This document shows positions 27,182 through 35,884 of a stretch of 45,000 nucleotides of DNA, one piece after another (within the stretch, counting starts at the first letter, position 1; each line of letters opens with the position of its first letter). The stretch lies in the NCBI GenBank assembly GCA_964559915.1, contig CAZLJP010000005.1, forward strand, positions 1 through 45,000, given 5' to 3'. The notes below the pieces were generated by a model, which was not told where the DNA came from, did not search any database, and saw nothing but the letters and a program-made list of their open reading frames with translations. The stretch is from an uncultured Candidatus Saccharibacteria bacterium. Its GTDB lineage: Bacteria; Patescibacteriota; Saccharimonadia; Saccharimonadales; JALRHH01. The translations under genes were made by a program, and so were the position numbers.

Positions 27182-28243
27182 TTAATGAATATAAACACTT
27201 GTTTTCTGGCTCTCTTTGAGCGGGTCAAGATAGGTGTTGATATCCTTGAGATTGATTGTGATGTGAGCACCACGTACGCGGTCATTGGTGTTTTCTAGAT
27301 TCTTGACGATTTCTAGGGTGTAGCCAGTGTTAATAATGCCTGAAATTTGACCAGGCTGTAGCTTGAACAGTGCGTCTACAGTTTGTGCTGTAAGGTCACG
27401 GTTAGTTCGACTTATCTGCACGCCATAATCACCACCGTTATCCTTACTAGCCGCGTCTTCTGAATACTTTTTAGCGACTGCGGCAAAATCAGCCCCGGTG
27501 TTGAGTTCAGCCAAGGCAGCGTTAGCCCGCTCCCCCGCTGCTGTATCCAGTTTGGTGACCAGCTTGCGCGCTAGTAACTGTTGTGTCAGGCTACGTTTGA
27601 AATCGCCCACATTCCAGCCCCAGTAATCTTTCAAAACGTCTTCAAAGACTTTGTCATTCTCACCCAAACGATTCTGGCTACGCACCAAATCTATCTGTTC
27701 TTTTACTTCTTTGTCAGACACACTCACGCCGTGCTCTTTCGCAAGTTGGCGCACCAAGGCATCATCAACGACCTTCTGGCGGGCTTGCTTCTGAAATTCG
27801 GCCAACTGCTGTTTGCCTTGGTCATTATCAAAATCAAGTTTCTGTTGTGATTCGTAATAGTGGGTATAGTGTCGCAGCTCAAATAAATAGTTCTCGTATG
27901 CTACAAAACTGTCGCCTGTTTTGGCCACAGGGAATGGAATCACCTGTGTAACGCGGTATAAGAAAGTAGACGACTGTTGGAACTTATAGAGCGCTAGAGT
28001 GACATAACTAAAGAAACCAATTACAGCAGCAATAAACAGGCCAGTCGTCAGTAACACGACTTGGTGCTTTGAATGTGCTAACGGAATGATATGCTTACGA
28101 GCTTTTTTGAGCACTTCCTCGCGGTGTTCTGCTACGGTTTCGTTAGTGATACGAGGTGCATTGGCAACCGCATTGGTAAGCACGGTGGCTTCGTCAGGCT
28201 TTTTCACCTTATTAAATGCGTGCTGTAACTTCTTTCTGACCAT
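27182..28243 (-). CDS. Membrane-anchored parvulin-type peptidyl-prolyl isomerase (PrsA/SurA-like)
   Basis: 353 aa, N-terminal TM, SurA_N-like region, PPIC motif FAAVAKKYSEDAASKDNGGDYG. Confidence 0.8.
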   Translation of the reverse strand: MVRKKLQHAFNKVKKPDEATVLTNAVANAPRITNETVAEHREEVLKKARKHIIPLAHSKHQVVLLTTGLFIAAVIGFFSYVTLALYKFQQSSTFLYRVTQVIPFPVAKTGDSFVAYENYLFELRHYTHYYESQQKLDFDNDQGKQQLAEFQKQARQKVVDDALVRQLAKEHGVSVSDKEVKEQIDLVRSQNRLGENDKVFEDVLKDYWGWNVGDFKRSLTQQLLARKLVTKLDTAAGERANAALAELNTGADFAAVAKKYSEDAASKDNGGDYGVQISRTNRDLTAQTVDALFKLQPGQISGIINTGYTLEIVKNLENTNDRVRGAHITINLKDINTYLDPLKESQKTSVYIH

Positions 28244-28258
28244 CTGAGTAGTTGTTCC

Positions 28259-28822
28259 TTACTGGTTGGCAGCGGGAAAGCTGCTGGCGCTATTGGTGAT
28301 AATTCCCTTGTCTCGCAGAATCTTGAGCATCTTCTTTTGGATATGCGCCGGATGATGCACCTCATGTATGAGTAATTCGCCCATGTATGTCTGCATCATT
28401 ATTGTACCAAATCCCATCAGGGTTTCCTGCAGCCCAGCTATCTCATAATTAACCATTTGGATTTGATTGAGGCCTACGTCTACTACGCTACGATGGAAAA
28501 AGCCCTTCTGGGTAATCTGTATAAAGCGTTGATCGGTCACAATAAACACACTGTAATGCCATGCCAGCCAGAACGGGAAGAACACAATCAGCGAGAATAT
28601 GAAGCTGGCGACCAATGACAGGAAGAAAAAACTAACGCTGGGGTATTTATCTGGATTATCGGCGTAAAGGATGGTTAGTACGGTCGTGTATAACGGTCCA
28701 ACTAGCATGGCGACAGCCCACAAAACAATTCCCTTACGCATAACGATTGGGTGCTTGCGAAAGACAAACAACACCTCTTCGTCATCCATCTGATCATCAA
28801 AATACTTTTGTGTTTTGGGCAT
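28259..28822 (-). CDS. Membrane protein with a bacterial PH (YdbS/YdbT-like) domain
   Basis: 187 aa, two TM helices followed by a PH-like segment. TACAAT-N6-ATG start context. Confidence 0.55.
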   Translation of the reverse strand: MPKTQKYFDDQMDDEEVLFVFRKHPIVMRKGIVLWAVAMLVGPLYTTVLTILYADNPDKYPSVSFFFLSLVASFIFSLIVFFPFWLAWHYSVFIVTDQRFIQITQKGFFHRSVVDVGLNQIQMVNYEIAGLQETLMGFGTIMMQTYMGELLIHEVHHPAHIQKKMLKILRDKGIITNSASSFPAANQ

Positions 28823-28885
28823 AAGCTTATTGTACTATGACAGCTAACCTACTAATAGAGTATGGATACCTCGGCTGATAAGTTC

Positions 28886-29500
28886 CTAGAAAAATTCAAC
28901 GGATTTCACGATGTCTTTAAGAACCGGCTCGTTCACAGAGTCATCAAAACCAGTACCGTCAACATTATTGACGTACTGTTGGGTATACGTAAACGTTAGG
29001 CAGCTTGCTCCATTGCTCATGAAATAAATATGCTTCACATACGACTCGGTTGGGCTATCAAACTTCACCAAATCATAGAAGCCGTCGTAGTTACCGATGG
29101 CTATGTACTGTTGGGTGTGATACTGGTCTTTTTGGTCTTCCAGGCTCTGTAGTACAGAAATCTCCTGACCATCCGCACCTGTTGTCTGGCAGCCTGGCTT
29201 TATTTGTATCATGTTACCGTTCTTATCGCCTGTCGGGGACAGAGAAATAGGCTTCGAAACTTCAGTCCAATTCACCGATTTGGCCGCACTACCTACTTCT
29301 GGTGCATCGAACACCGTCCAGCTCTCTGGATAGGTAAACGTGAACCTACTAGCTGTGTCGGAGTAAAAGCCTTGTTGTGTTTGAGTATCGCTGTCATCTC
29401 TTGATGTAGCCCACACGATTGCGCCGCTGACAACCGCCACAACGGCAATAATTATGAGTATGGTGCGCAGACTAAGCTTCTTAATGATAAATCGTTTCAT
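28886..29500 (-). CDS. Membrane-anchored extracytoplasmic hypothetical protein
   Basis: Start MKRFIIKKLSLRTILIIIAVVAVV behind AAGGGGGA SD; the track ORF to 29581 is an extension. Confidence 0.6.
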   Translation of the reverse strand: MKRFIIKKLSLRTILIIIAVVAVVSGAIVWATSRDDSDTQTQQGFYSDTASRFTFTYPESWTVFDAPEVGSAAKSVNWTEVSKPISLSPTGDKNGNMIQIKPGCQTTGADGQEISVLQSLEDQKDQYHTQQYIAIGNYDGFYDLVKFDSPTESYVKHIYFMSNGASCLTFTYTQQYVNNVDGTGFDDSVNEPVLKDIVKSVEFF

Positions 29501-29596
29501 GTATCCCCCTTGGGTGTTTACACCAGTGTACATGCTCATGCTTAGCAGTACAACTGATGGATACCAAACAAAAAGCCCCACACAAAGCGGAGCTTC

Positions 29597-29619
29597 TTAT
29601 TTGGTATCCCCAAACGGAT
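29597..29619. repeat. 23-bp direct repeat; second copy at 29740-29762 covers the last 18 nt of tRNA-Arg plus 5 nt of flank
   Basis: TTATTTGGTATCCCCAAACGGAT occurs at both positions. Each copy is preceded by a terminator-like hairpin. Confidence 0.9.
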
Positions 29620-29744
29620 AATGCACGACTGCACCCGTCCTCGAAGCAAGCTTCTGCGGGCGGATTTGTCGACCGAACCTACGGTTCGGGCTCGCTTCGC
29701 GAGCTACCAAATAAATAGCCCCACCTTTGGTGAGGCAATTTATT

Positions 29745-29819
29745 TGGTATCCCCAAACGGATTCGAACCGCTATCTGCTCCTTAGGACGGAGTTATTCTA
29801 TCCATTGAACTATGGGGAC
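29745..29819 (-). tRNA. tRNA-Arg (anticodon CCT), CCA encoded
   Basis: GTCCCCA TA GTTC AATGGATA GAAT; anticodon loop GTCCTAA; T-arm AGCGG-TTCGAAT-CCGTT; acceptor 3' TGGGGAT-A-CCA. Confidence 0.9.
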
Positions 29820-29912
29820 AAGTGAGATGTATGTAGGGTTTGTGTTTACATCAATTCTACATCACCGAGCGCCCCCAATCTGTTCTGTGCAGATAGGGGA
29901 CGAGCATGAGGG

Positions 29913-30377
29913 CTACGCCCTCTCGTATGGTTCGTACACGTGGTCGTATTCAGACTTCGTGTACTCAAAAATTTCTTCTTCAGAAAAGAAACGAGTGATT
30001 TCTTCTTCGCCACTGTCTTTACTATCGGAAGCATGAATCAAATTTCTACCCTGCCCGATAGCTAAATCACCACGAATGGTGCCAGCCTCAGCAAGACGTG
30101 GGTTTGTAGCACCGACTAGCTTACGTACTGAATCAACACATTCAAATCCTTGCCAGGCCATTACGACAACTGGTGAGCTCTGCATAAATTCTTCTATCCC
30201 TTTGTAGAAAGGCTTATCAACAATGTGAGCATAGTGTGCACGTAACAGTGCGCTATCAAGTCGTAACATCTTTAGACCAATTAGCTTAAGACCCTTCTGC
30301 TCAAGACGCTTTGAGATCTCACCAACAAGCCCTCGTTGCACCGCATCAGGTTTGAGGATAATTAGTGTTCGTTCCAT
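29913..30377 (-). CDS. ndk: Nucleoside diphosphate kinase
   Basis: 154 aa, MERTLIILKPDAVQRGLVGEI and NLIHASDS active-site His motif. Confidence 0.95.
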   Translation of the reverse strand: MERTLIILKPDAVQRGLVGEISKRLEQKGLKLIGLKMLRLDSALLRAHYAHIVDKPFYKGIEEFMQSSPVVVMAWQGFECVDSVRKLVGATNPRLAEAGTIRGDLAIGQGRNLIHASDSKDSGEEEITRFFSEEEIFEYTKSEYDHVYEPYERA

Positions 30378-30462
30378 TTGTTTCCTTATTTAGATTGCTT
30401 TGATTATTATATCAGATATAACAGAGACGGCCACTGTTGGCGGAATGTCGTACAATGTAGGT

Positions 30463-31383
30463 ATGTTATTCAGCCGAGCCAAGACAGACTTTCTAGAATA
30501 TCTAGAGATTGAACAGAACCGTTCGCAAAAGACGATTCGCAACTACGATCACTATCTCACGAGGTTATCTGACTTTGCTGGTGATATAAAAGTGACCGAT
30601 ATTGATGCTGAACTAGTCCGCAAATGGCGGCTCTGGCTCAATCGACTGGGTACCAATACTAGTGATGAGCTACAAAAGAATACAATGAACTACCATTTGG
30701 TAGCCCTACGTAGTTTCCTGAAGTTCTGCGCCAGACGTGACGTCCCTGCTATGACTGCAGACAAAATTGAACTTGCTCGCACCGTTCGCAAACAAGTCAC
30801 ATTTCTAACCCCGGAGGAACTAGAACGATTATTTGCTCAGCCAAACATTACTACCCTACCCGGCTTGCGAGACAGAGCCATCTTGGAATTATTATTTAGT
30901 TCAGGATTACGTGTCAGTGAGCTGGTGGGCCTCGACCGCGATCACATTAACCTGAAGCGACGTGAATTTATGGTACGTGGCAAGGGTCAAAAAGACCGCC
31001 CTATCTTTATTAGCCCAGATGCAGCTGATTGGCTGCAACAATACATCGATAAGCGTACTGACAACACTCGCCCATTATTTGCACGTTACAGTGGCCGTAA
31101 GACGGTCGATACATCTGGCAATTTTCATCGTCTAACCGCCCGCAGCGTACAGCGAATGGTGGCAAAGAACGCGCTGTTGGCGGGCATTACTAAGCACGTA
31201 TCGCCCCATACGCTGCGCCATAGTTTTGCCACTGATTTACTTATGAACGGCGCTGACCTACGAAGCGTACAGGCGCTGTTGGGCCACAGCAATGTATCAA
31301 CCACTCAAATCTACACTCACGTCACCGACCCCCACCTCAAGAGTATTCACGAGAAGTTCCATCATAAAAAAGAGGACGGTTGA
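30463..31383 (+). CDS. Tyrosine recombinase, XerC/XerD family
   Basis: SAM-like N domain (YLEIEQNRSQKTIRNY). Catalytic R (GLRVSEL), HTLRHSFAT, LLGHSNVSTTQIYTHV. Start chosen at the ATG preceded by TACAAT-N6; the track start is 30400. Confidence 0.88.
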   Translation: MLFSRAKTDFLEYLEIEQNRSQKTIRNYDHYLTRLSDFAGDIKVTDIDAELVRKWRLWLNRLGTNTSDELQKNTMNYHLVALRSFLKFCARRDVPAMTADKIELARTVRKQVTFLTPEELERLFAQPNITTLPGLRDRAILELLFSSGLRVSELVGLDRDHINLKRREFMVRGKGQKDRPIFISPDAADWLQQYIDKRTDNTRPLFARYSGRKTVDTSGNFHRLTARSVQRMVAKNALLAGITKHVSPHTLRHSFATDLLMNGADLRSVQALLGHSNVSTTQIYTHVTDPHLKSIHEKFHHKKEDG

Positions 31384-31390
31384 TGCTTAC

Positions 31391-32467
31391 TTACAGGTCA
31401 GTATCGCAGGATGCTTTCACGTCATTTGTCGTTGATCCGACATGGTAAATTTTGTACAGTTTACAAATATCGCCATCTACACCTATAGCAAAATCAGCAG
31501 GATCAGAGTTCCCCGTGAGTCTAATTCGCGCTTGAACGCGTTTAAGTACATCTTGCGCTCGGGCAGTCACATCGACGACCGCCTGAGCCCCGTATAGAGG
31601 CAATGACTGGCCATCACGCTTTGCGGTTATTTGCACATTGGCACCAGTATCAACGCCATACAACGCCATAACTCGAATAGCGTATTGATTTGCAGTCAGT
31701 GACCCAAGGTTAATATCGACGCTGCATAAAGTTGCCGAACACTTTACCACACTGACCTGACCAAATCCGGCAGTATTGGTCTTTTTTGCATCACTATAAG
31801 CAATGGAATTGGTGCCGGTAGATTTATGCGGCTTAAAGAAAGCCGTAAACTGGCTTGTCTGCAGTTCACTTCTTTTGAGGCCTGTTCCATCTTTGACATC
31901 GACTAGGTCTACTCTGAGTATAGGCACATCGCAAGCAATTCCACCAGCAGGTGGCAGATTTGTATTAGGGTCTGTGCAGCCATTTAGGTCATATGAATTG
32001 GCTTCTGGCTTCCATGCAACCCCAATTGTATCAAAGTTCTCGCCATTGGTATTTATTTTTTGTACCTTGGACTGCAGGGTAACAGAATCAAGCACAATAG
32101 GGTTGGCTACGGGGTTAATTAATACACACGTCAGCGCAACATTATTGGAGCTATCAAGGCTATACTCACCTGCAGCAAATACTCCACCCGCAGTTTCATC
32201 ACATGACTCTTTCTTGGTCGCAGCAGGGTTAGCGCTGGTTTGCAATTTTTTAGCAACCATATTCAACCCTGATTCAGCAGCATAAAAGGCCTGTGATGCT
32301 AGCTGAGCATCCAATGCCTGCCGCTGTTCACGACGAGTAGTTGTGGCATAACTAAGAGTAATCAGACTGATAACTATCATCAACACACTGACTATCACAA
32401 TAGCTACCATACCGTCCTGGTTATTGGTCACTCTTGTTGGTGTTATCATTTGGTTTCTTCTTGCCAT
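31391..32467 (-). CDS. PilX-like pilus assembly protein / minor pilin (PilX_N-type N-terminus)
   Basis: 358 aa, N-terminal DGMVAIVIVSVLMIVISLITL hydrophobic helix without Glu5; last gene of the pilin block. Confidence 0.65.
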   Translation of the reverse strand: MARRNQMITPTRVTNNQDGMVAIVIVSVLMIVISLITLSYATTTRREQRQALDAQLASQAFYAAESGLNMVAKKLQTSANPAATKKESCDETAGGVFAAGEYSLDSSNNVALTCVLINPVANPIVLDSVTLQSKVQKINTNGENFDTIGVAWKPEANSYDLNGCTDPNTNLPPAGGIACDVPILRVDLVDVKDGTGLKRSELQTSQFTAFFKPHKSTGTNSIAYSDAKKTNTAGFGQVSVVKCSATLCSVDINLGSLTANQYAIRVMALYGVDTGANVQITAKRDGQSLPLYGAQAVVDVTARAQDVLKRVQARIRLTGNSDPADFAIGVDGDICKLYKIYHVGSTTNDVKASCDTDL

Positions 32468-32468
32468 C

Positions 32469-33104
32469 TTAATTTAACCTTGGTGTTATTATTACTTCTT
32501 GTCTACTGAAAGCACAGAACTGACCGCCAAACCGTACGGAATACTTGCAGTTATGCTTAGCTGGGTCGGGATTACTGCTATCAAAATCAGCACTGGAGCC
32601 CCAGGCTACTTCAGCAGATATCTTATAATTCATCGTTCCTACGGGTTGTATGTCTAGACTAACTAATTGCATGTTATCACCCAGTAATTCTCGTGCTTTA
32701 CCAAATGATGCCCCGGGATTATTGATATTAAAGGATGCCCCGGGATCTGAGCATGATGCCGTATTATTTACTAATAATCCATGCTTGGTTGGAGCTTCAC
32801 CAATAACCTTCTTAAGTTGAAAAACATAAAGATTGTTACCTGCGCATAGATATTTAAAAGGAGGAGCGGCAGCTACTGATGAAATAGTATAAGTAGCGTC
32901 TTTGGGTCCAAACTGTATATTACGAGCGATTTCTTCGACTAAAGTACGAGCAGCCTCTTGGGTTTTGGTATTCACTGTCCCTTTATAATAGATGCGATTA
33001 AACTGAACTATAGCACCCGTTAATATCAGAAGTACCAGTGAAAATGTTACGGTAGCCACCAAGAGTTCTATAATGGTAAAGCCTTTGGAGTCAATGCGTC
33101 TCAT
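32469..33104 (-). CDS. Prepilin-type minor pilin (PilW-like position)
   Basis: 211 aa, KG/FTIIELLVA class III signal with Glu5. Confidence 0.8.
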   Translation of the reverse strand: MRRIDSKGFTIIELLVATVTFSLVLLILTGAIVQFNRIYYKGTVNTKTQEAARTLVEEIARNIQFGPKDATYTISSVAAAPPFKYLCAGNNLYVFQLKKVIGEAPTKHGLLVNNTASCSDPGASFNINNPGASFGKARELLGDNMQLVSLDIQPVGTMNYKISAEVAWGSSADFDSSNPDPAKHNCKYSVRFGGQFCAFSRQEVIITPRLN

Positions 33105-33526
33105 TTGTACACCTTATAAGTGAGACTCACTTCATCATTACCGCCACTACCGAGGCGTGACCAAGATACTCGCACGATGAAAATATTGTATTTTGTATCG
33201 CTCAACACGGCTGATGCACGAGTGATAGTAATGTCGTATCTACTCTCGGGGCTAGCTAACTTACAATCATTAAGATTTGTCGTAAGGGTTGTGTTGTTAA
33301 AGCAAAAAGATGTAGTAGGTATGCTCGCAGCAGTTGTCTTTAGAAGCTCGAGCTGACTCTCAGCAATTTTTAGTGCTTGTGTATGCTCCGTTGTCTGCTG
33401 TTGAGCGCGCGTTGTACGATTAACGATAGCATATGCCGTACCCAGCACTGCACTAGCTACAGCAATAGCTACAAGTACCTCGACAATAGTATCACCTTGG
33501 TTATTACGACGTAGTCTCATGAACAT
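33101..33526 (-). CDS. Prepilin-type minor pilin (PilV-like position)
   Basis: 141 aa, QG/DTIVEVLVAIAV class III signal with Glu5. Confidence 0.75.
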   Translation of the reverse strand: MFMRLRRNNQGDTIVEVLVAIAVASAVLGTAYAIVNRTTRAQQQTTEHTQALKIAESQLELLKTTAASIPTTSFCFNNTTLTTNLNDCKLASPESRYDITITRASAVLSDTKYNIFIVRVSWSRLGSGGNDEVSLTYKVYK

Positions 33527-34290
33527 GCTCCGGTTGCAATTGTCGTCGTAACCCCCAGGTTAGAACTATCATCCAGGCCAATTGTGATGTCTGCATGTTG
33601 GTTGGTCGTTCCACTCAAGACACAAATCGTTGCTTTCTTTACAGGATTGCCATATGTGGCCGATCTGATTGCAGCCTCAAGATTGGGGGTGACATTATAA
33701 GAGTACATAACTGCGTTGATTCCACCACCTGAATCGCCTGATACAAACGTAGACACACTCTTTTGCAAATTCGTGAAGAAAGCGAGGGCCACATTAGGGT
33801 TGCAGGCTGATTGATTATCTATTCTTATACACTCAATCGTTGCACCATAGCCGATAGGTTTAGTGGTAGTAGCATCAGCAGCTGTTATGAGCCGTGGCTT
33901 TGCATCGTTCAGACTCGTTACATCTGTTACGCCGTCTGCATTCTTTGTACGCAACCCCATGATTGATTGAACTGTGTAATTCTCCCCGTTTGACGAGATA
34001 ACTCTACCTACCAATATGCACTTGTCATTTGTGCCGATGGGCACTGGGCTACTATCTGTAGGCTCACCTGCTGCCACTCCGCACCCAATACTACCGTTGC
34101 TTTGGTAGTAGCCAGTAGCAATATCATTAGCAATATCTATGATATTGCTTTCAAAATCACGAGTAGTAGTATTAAACTGCGTCTTACGCTGGCTACCACC
34201 TATGAGCAACATTGCTGATACGAACATCACTGCGCTGACTGCGAGAAAAATCAGCGTCTCTACAATTGTAAAGCCGCTAGATTTAGCCAT
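33517..34290 (-). CDS. Prepilin-type pilin-like protein (257 aa)
   Basis: MAKSSG/FTIVETLIFLAV class III signal. The ATG at 34290 fits; the track ORF to 34395 is an extension into the intergenic region. Confidence 0.8.
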   Translation of the reverse strand: MAKSSGFTIVETLIFLAVSAVMFVSAMLLIGGSQRKTQFNTTTRDFESNIIDIANDIATGYYQSNGSIGCGVAAGEPTDSSPVPIGTNDKCILVGRVISSNGENYTVQSIMGLRTKNADGVTDVTSLNDAKPRLITAADATTTKPIGYGATIECIRIDNQSACNPNVALAFFTNLQKSVSTFVSGDSGGGINAVMYSYNVTPNLEAAIRSATYGNPVKKATICVLSGTTNQHADITIGLDDSSNLGVTTTIATGACS

Positions 34291-34369
34291 GGATACGTCC
34301 CTACCCCTGTACATATATGCCCAGTATAACACAAGCATTATCTGGTTTGGTTTAGTTTTGCACAGGTTT

Positions 34370-35212
34370 TTACAGATAGAGGACTGTGGCAACATACCAG
34401 TCTAAGATAGATTGGCCAAATAATTGCACAATAATTGTGGCAACAATCAAAAACGGGCCAAATGGTATGCGGCTAGCTAGCTTTTTCTTGTGCAGTAATA
34501 CTGCTGGCAAGGATACTATAAGACCTAGTGCTGAGGCAGTGAACAACATCATAAAGGCCAGCGCCGGCGAACCCAGAAGCAGACCTATAACAAAGCCCAG
34601 CTTTACATCACCGCCACCAATCCACTTGCCACCCGATAACTGAAATAGCCCATAGAAAATGCCACCAGCCACAGCTACTGAGCTCAAAGCCATCAATGTA
34701 GTATGTGGTAATGAATGAGACCCAAGCACCTGTAGGACTGCGCTGAGAGCTGCTATGGCTGCTAGGGGAAATACTATACGGTTTGGCAGCAGCATCCACC
34801 GAATGTCATACACGATAAGTGCGACAAAACCGACACTAGCCACCAGCCAGATAGCAAATATGCTGTAACTAGTACCGTTGTTTAGGGCATCTGGCCAGAA
34901 TACATATGATGCGACAAATACCCCTGCTGTTACTAGCTCAACCAGAGGATACTGAGCACTTATGGATTTTTGGCAATAACGACACCTGCCACGCAACGTA
35001 AGCCAGCTCAAGACTGGTATTAAATCAGTTGGGGCAAGCGTGTGGTTACAATGTGGGCACATAGAACGGCCCCTAGCTATTGAAAGGTCAGCATCTGAAC
35101 CTGCACGCTTTTTCTTTGGCAAGTGCTGTTGATAGATACGCCAAACCAACGCATTGGCAAAGCTTCCAAAACACAGACCCAGAACAGTCAGCAGAGCTAT
35201 TATCATTACCAT
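34370..35212 (-). CDS. pilD: Prepilin peptidase / N-methyltransferase (A24 family)
   Basis: 280 aa, CPHC...CRYC zinc motif, GGGDVKL aspartyl-protease motif, polytopic. Confidence 0.92.
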   Translation of the reverse strand: MVMIIALLTVLGLCFGSFANALVWRIYQQHLPKKKRAGSDADLSIARGRSMCPHCNHTLAPTDLIPVLSWLTLRGRCRYCQKSISAQYPLVELVTAGVFVASYVFWPDALNNGTSYSIFAIWLVASVGFVALIVYDIRWMLLPNRIVFPLAAIAALSAVLQVLGSHSLPHTTLMALSSVAVAGGIFYGLFQLSGGKWIGGGDVKLGFVIGLLLGSPALAFMMLFTASALGLIVSLPAVLLHKKKLASRIPFGPFLIVATIIVQLFGQSILDWYVATVLYL

Positions 35213-35240
35213 TATGATAGCACGGCCCTAGAATCTATAT

Positions 35241-35272
35241 AAAAGAGGCAGAACTTACTCTGCCTCTTTTAT
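35241..35272 (-). terminator. Intrinsic terminator/attenuator after the major pilin gene
   Basis: AAGAGGCAG-AACTTACT-CTGCCTCTT flanked by A- and T-runs. Confidence 0.7.
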
Positions 35273-35294
35273 TATTTACTAGATTTAGCTAATC

Positions 35295-35780
35295 TTAGCC
35301 GTCGATACAATTAACAGCCTTGCTACTCTGGCCAGTTTCGATTATATACAGCACAGCGATAGCACGGTTTGAAGCAACGGTATTTGTGCCATTTGAGTCA
35401 CATTTCGCGTTAGCGACATAGCTAATAGTACCCGCTGTGTCACTAGTTGTAACAGCAGCATTCTTATATGCTGTGCCGGCTTTTACACGGCCCTCGACAG
35501 CATTGGTGCCCGATGCACCTGTTACCGTAATCTTACCATCTGCATCTATTGCGACAGTGTTAGCTGCTGGAATCTTACCATTATTGGCTGCAGCGTAGTC
35601 AGAAATTGCACCTGCAAGGTTGGACGCGTCATTCCTGATTGCAGTATTCCTGCTGTTTCGCTGTAAGGCCGGAACTGCTAAGAATACAATCAGCATAATC
35701 AAGCCAGCGATTGCTAGCACAATCAAAACTTCGATAATAGTGAAGCCTTCGGTCTTTTTCTTAAGTTGTTGGTATGACAT
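35295..35780 (-). CDS. pilA: Type IV major pilin
   Basis: 161 aa, MSYQQLKKKTEG/FTIIEVLIVLAIAGLIMLIVFLAVPAL class III signal, two C-terminal Cys. Confidence 0.88.
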   Translation of the reverse strand: MSYQQLKKKTEGFTIIEVLIVLAIAGLIMLIVFLAVPALQRNSRNTAIRNDASNLAGAISDYAAANNGKIPAANTVAIDADGKITVTGASGTNAVEGRVKAGTAYKNAAVTTSDTAGTISYVANAKCDSNGTNTVASNRAIAVLYIIETGQSSKAVNCIDG

Positions 35781-35828
35781 ACGGCAAATGCCCCCTTTGT
35801 CCGTTATTCATTAATGCTTATGCTTATG

Positions 35829-35857
35829 ATACTACTGTTACATTCTACAAAAAGCAA
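35829..35857 (-). promoter_or_regulatory. Candidate pilA promoter
   Basis: Minus strand TTGCTT (35857-35852), 17-nt spacer, TAGTAT (35834-35829); AAAGGGGG SD downstream. Confidence 0.5.
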
Positions 35858-35884
35858 GTGTTTTTATGCATATATTACAGTGTG

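Noticed and set aside
30463-31383. The Xer-family recombinase as the integrase of a mobile element
   Set aside because: It has XerC/D-type architecture and sits among housekeeping genes (ndk, pil). It is on the 5' side of tRNA-Arg, not between the att-like repeats. No flanking repeats or cargo are present.
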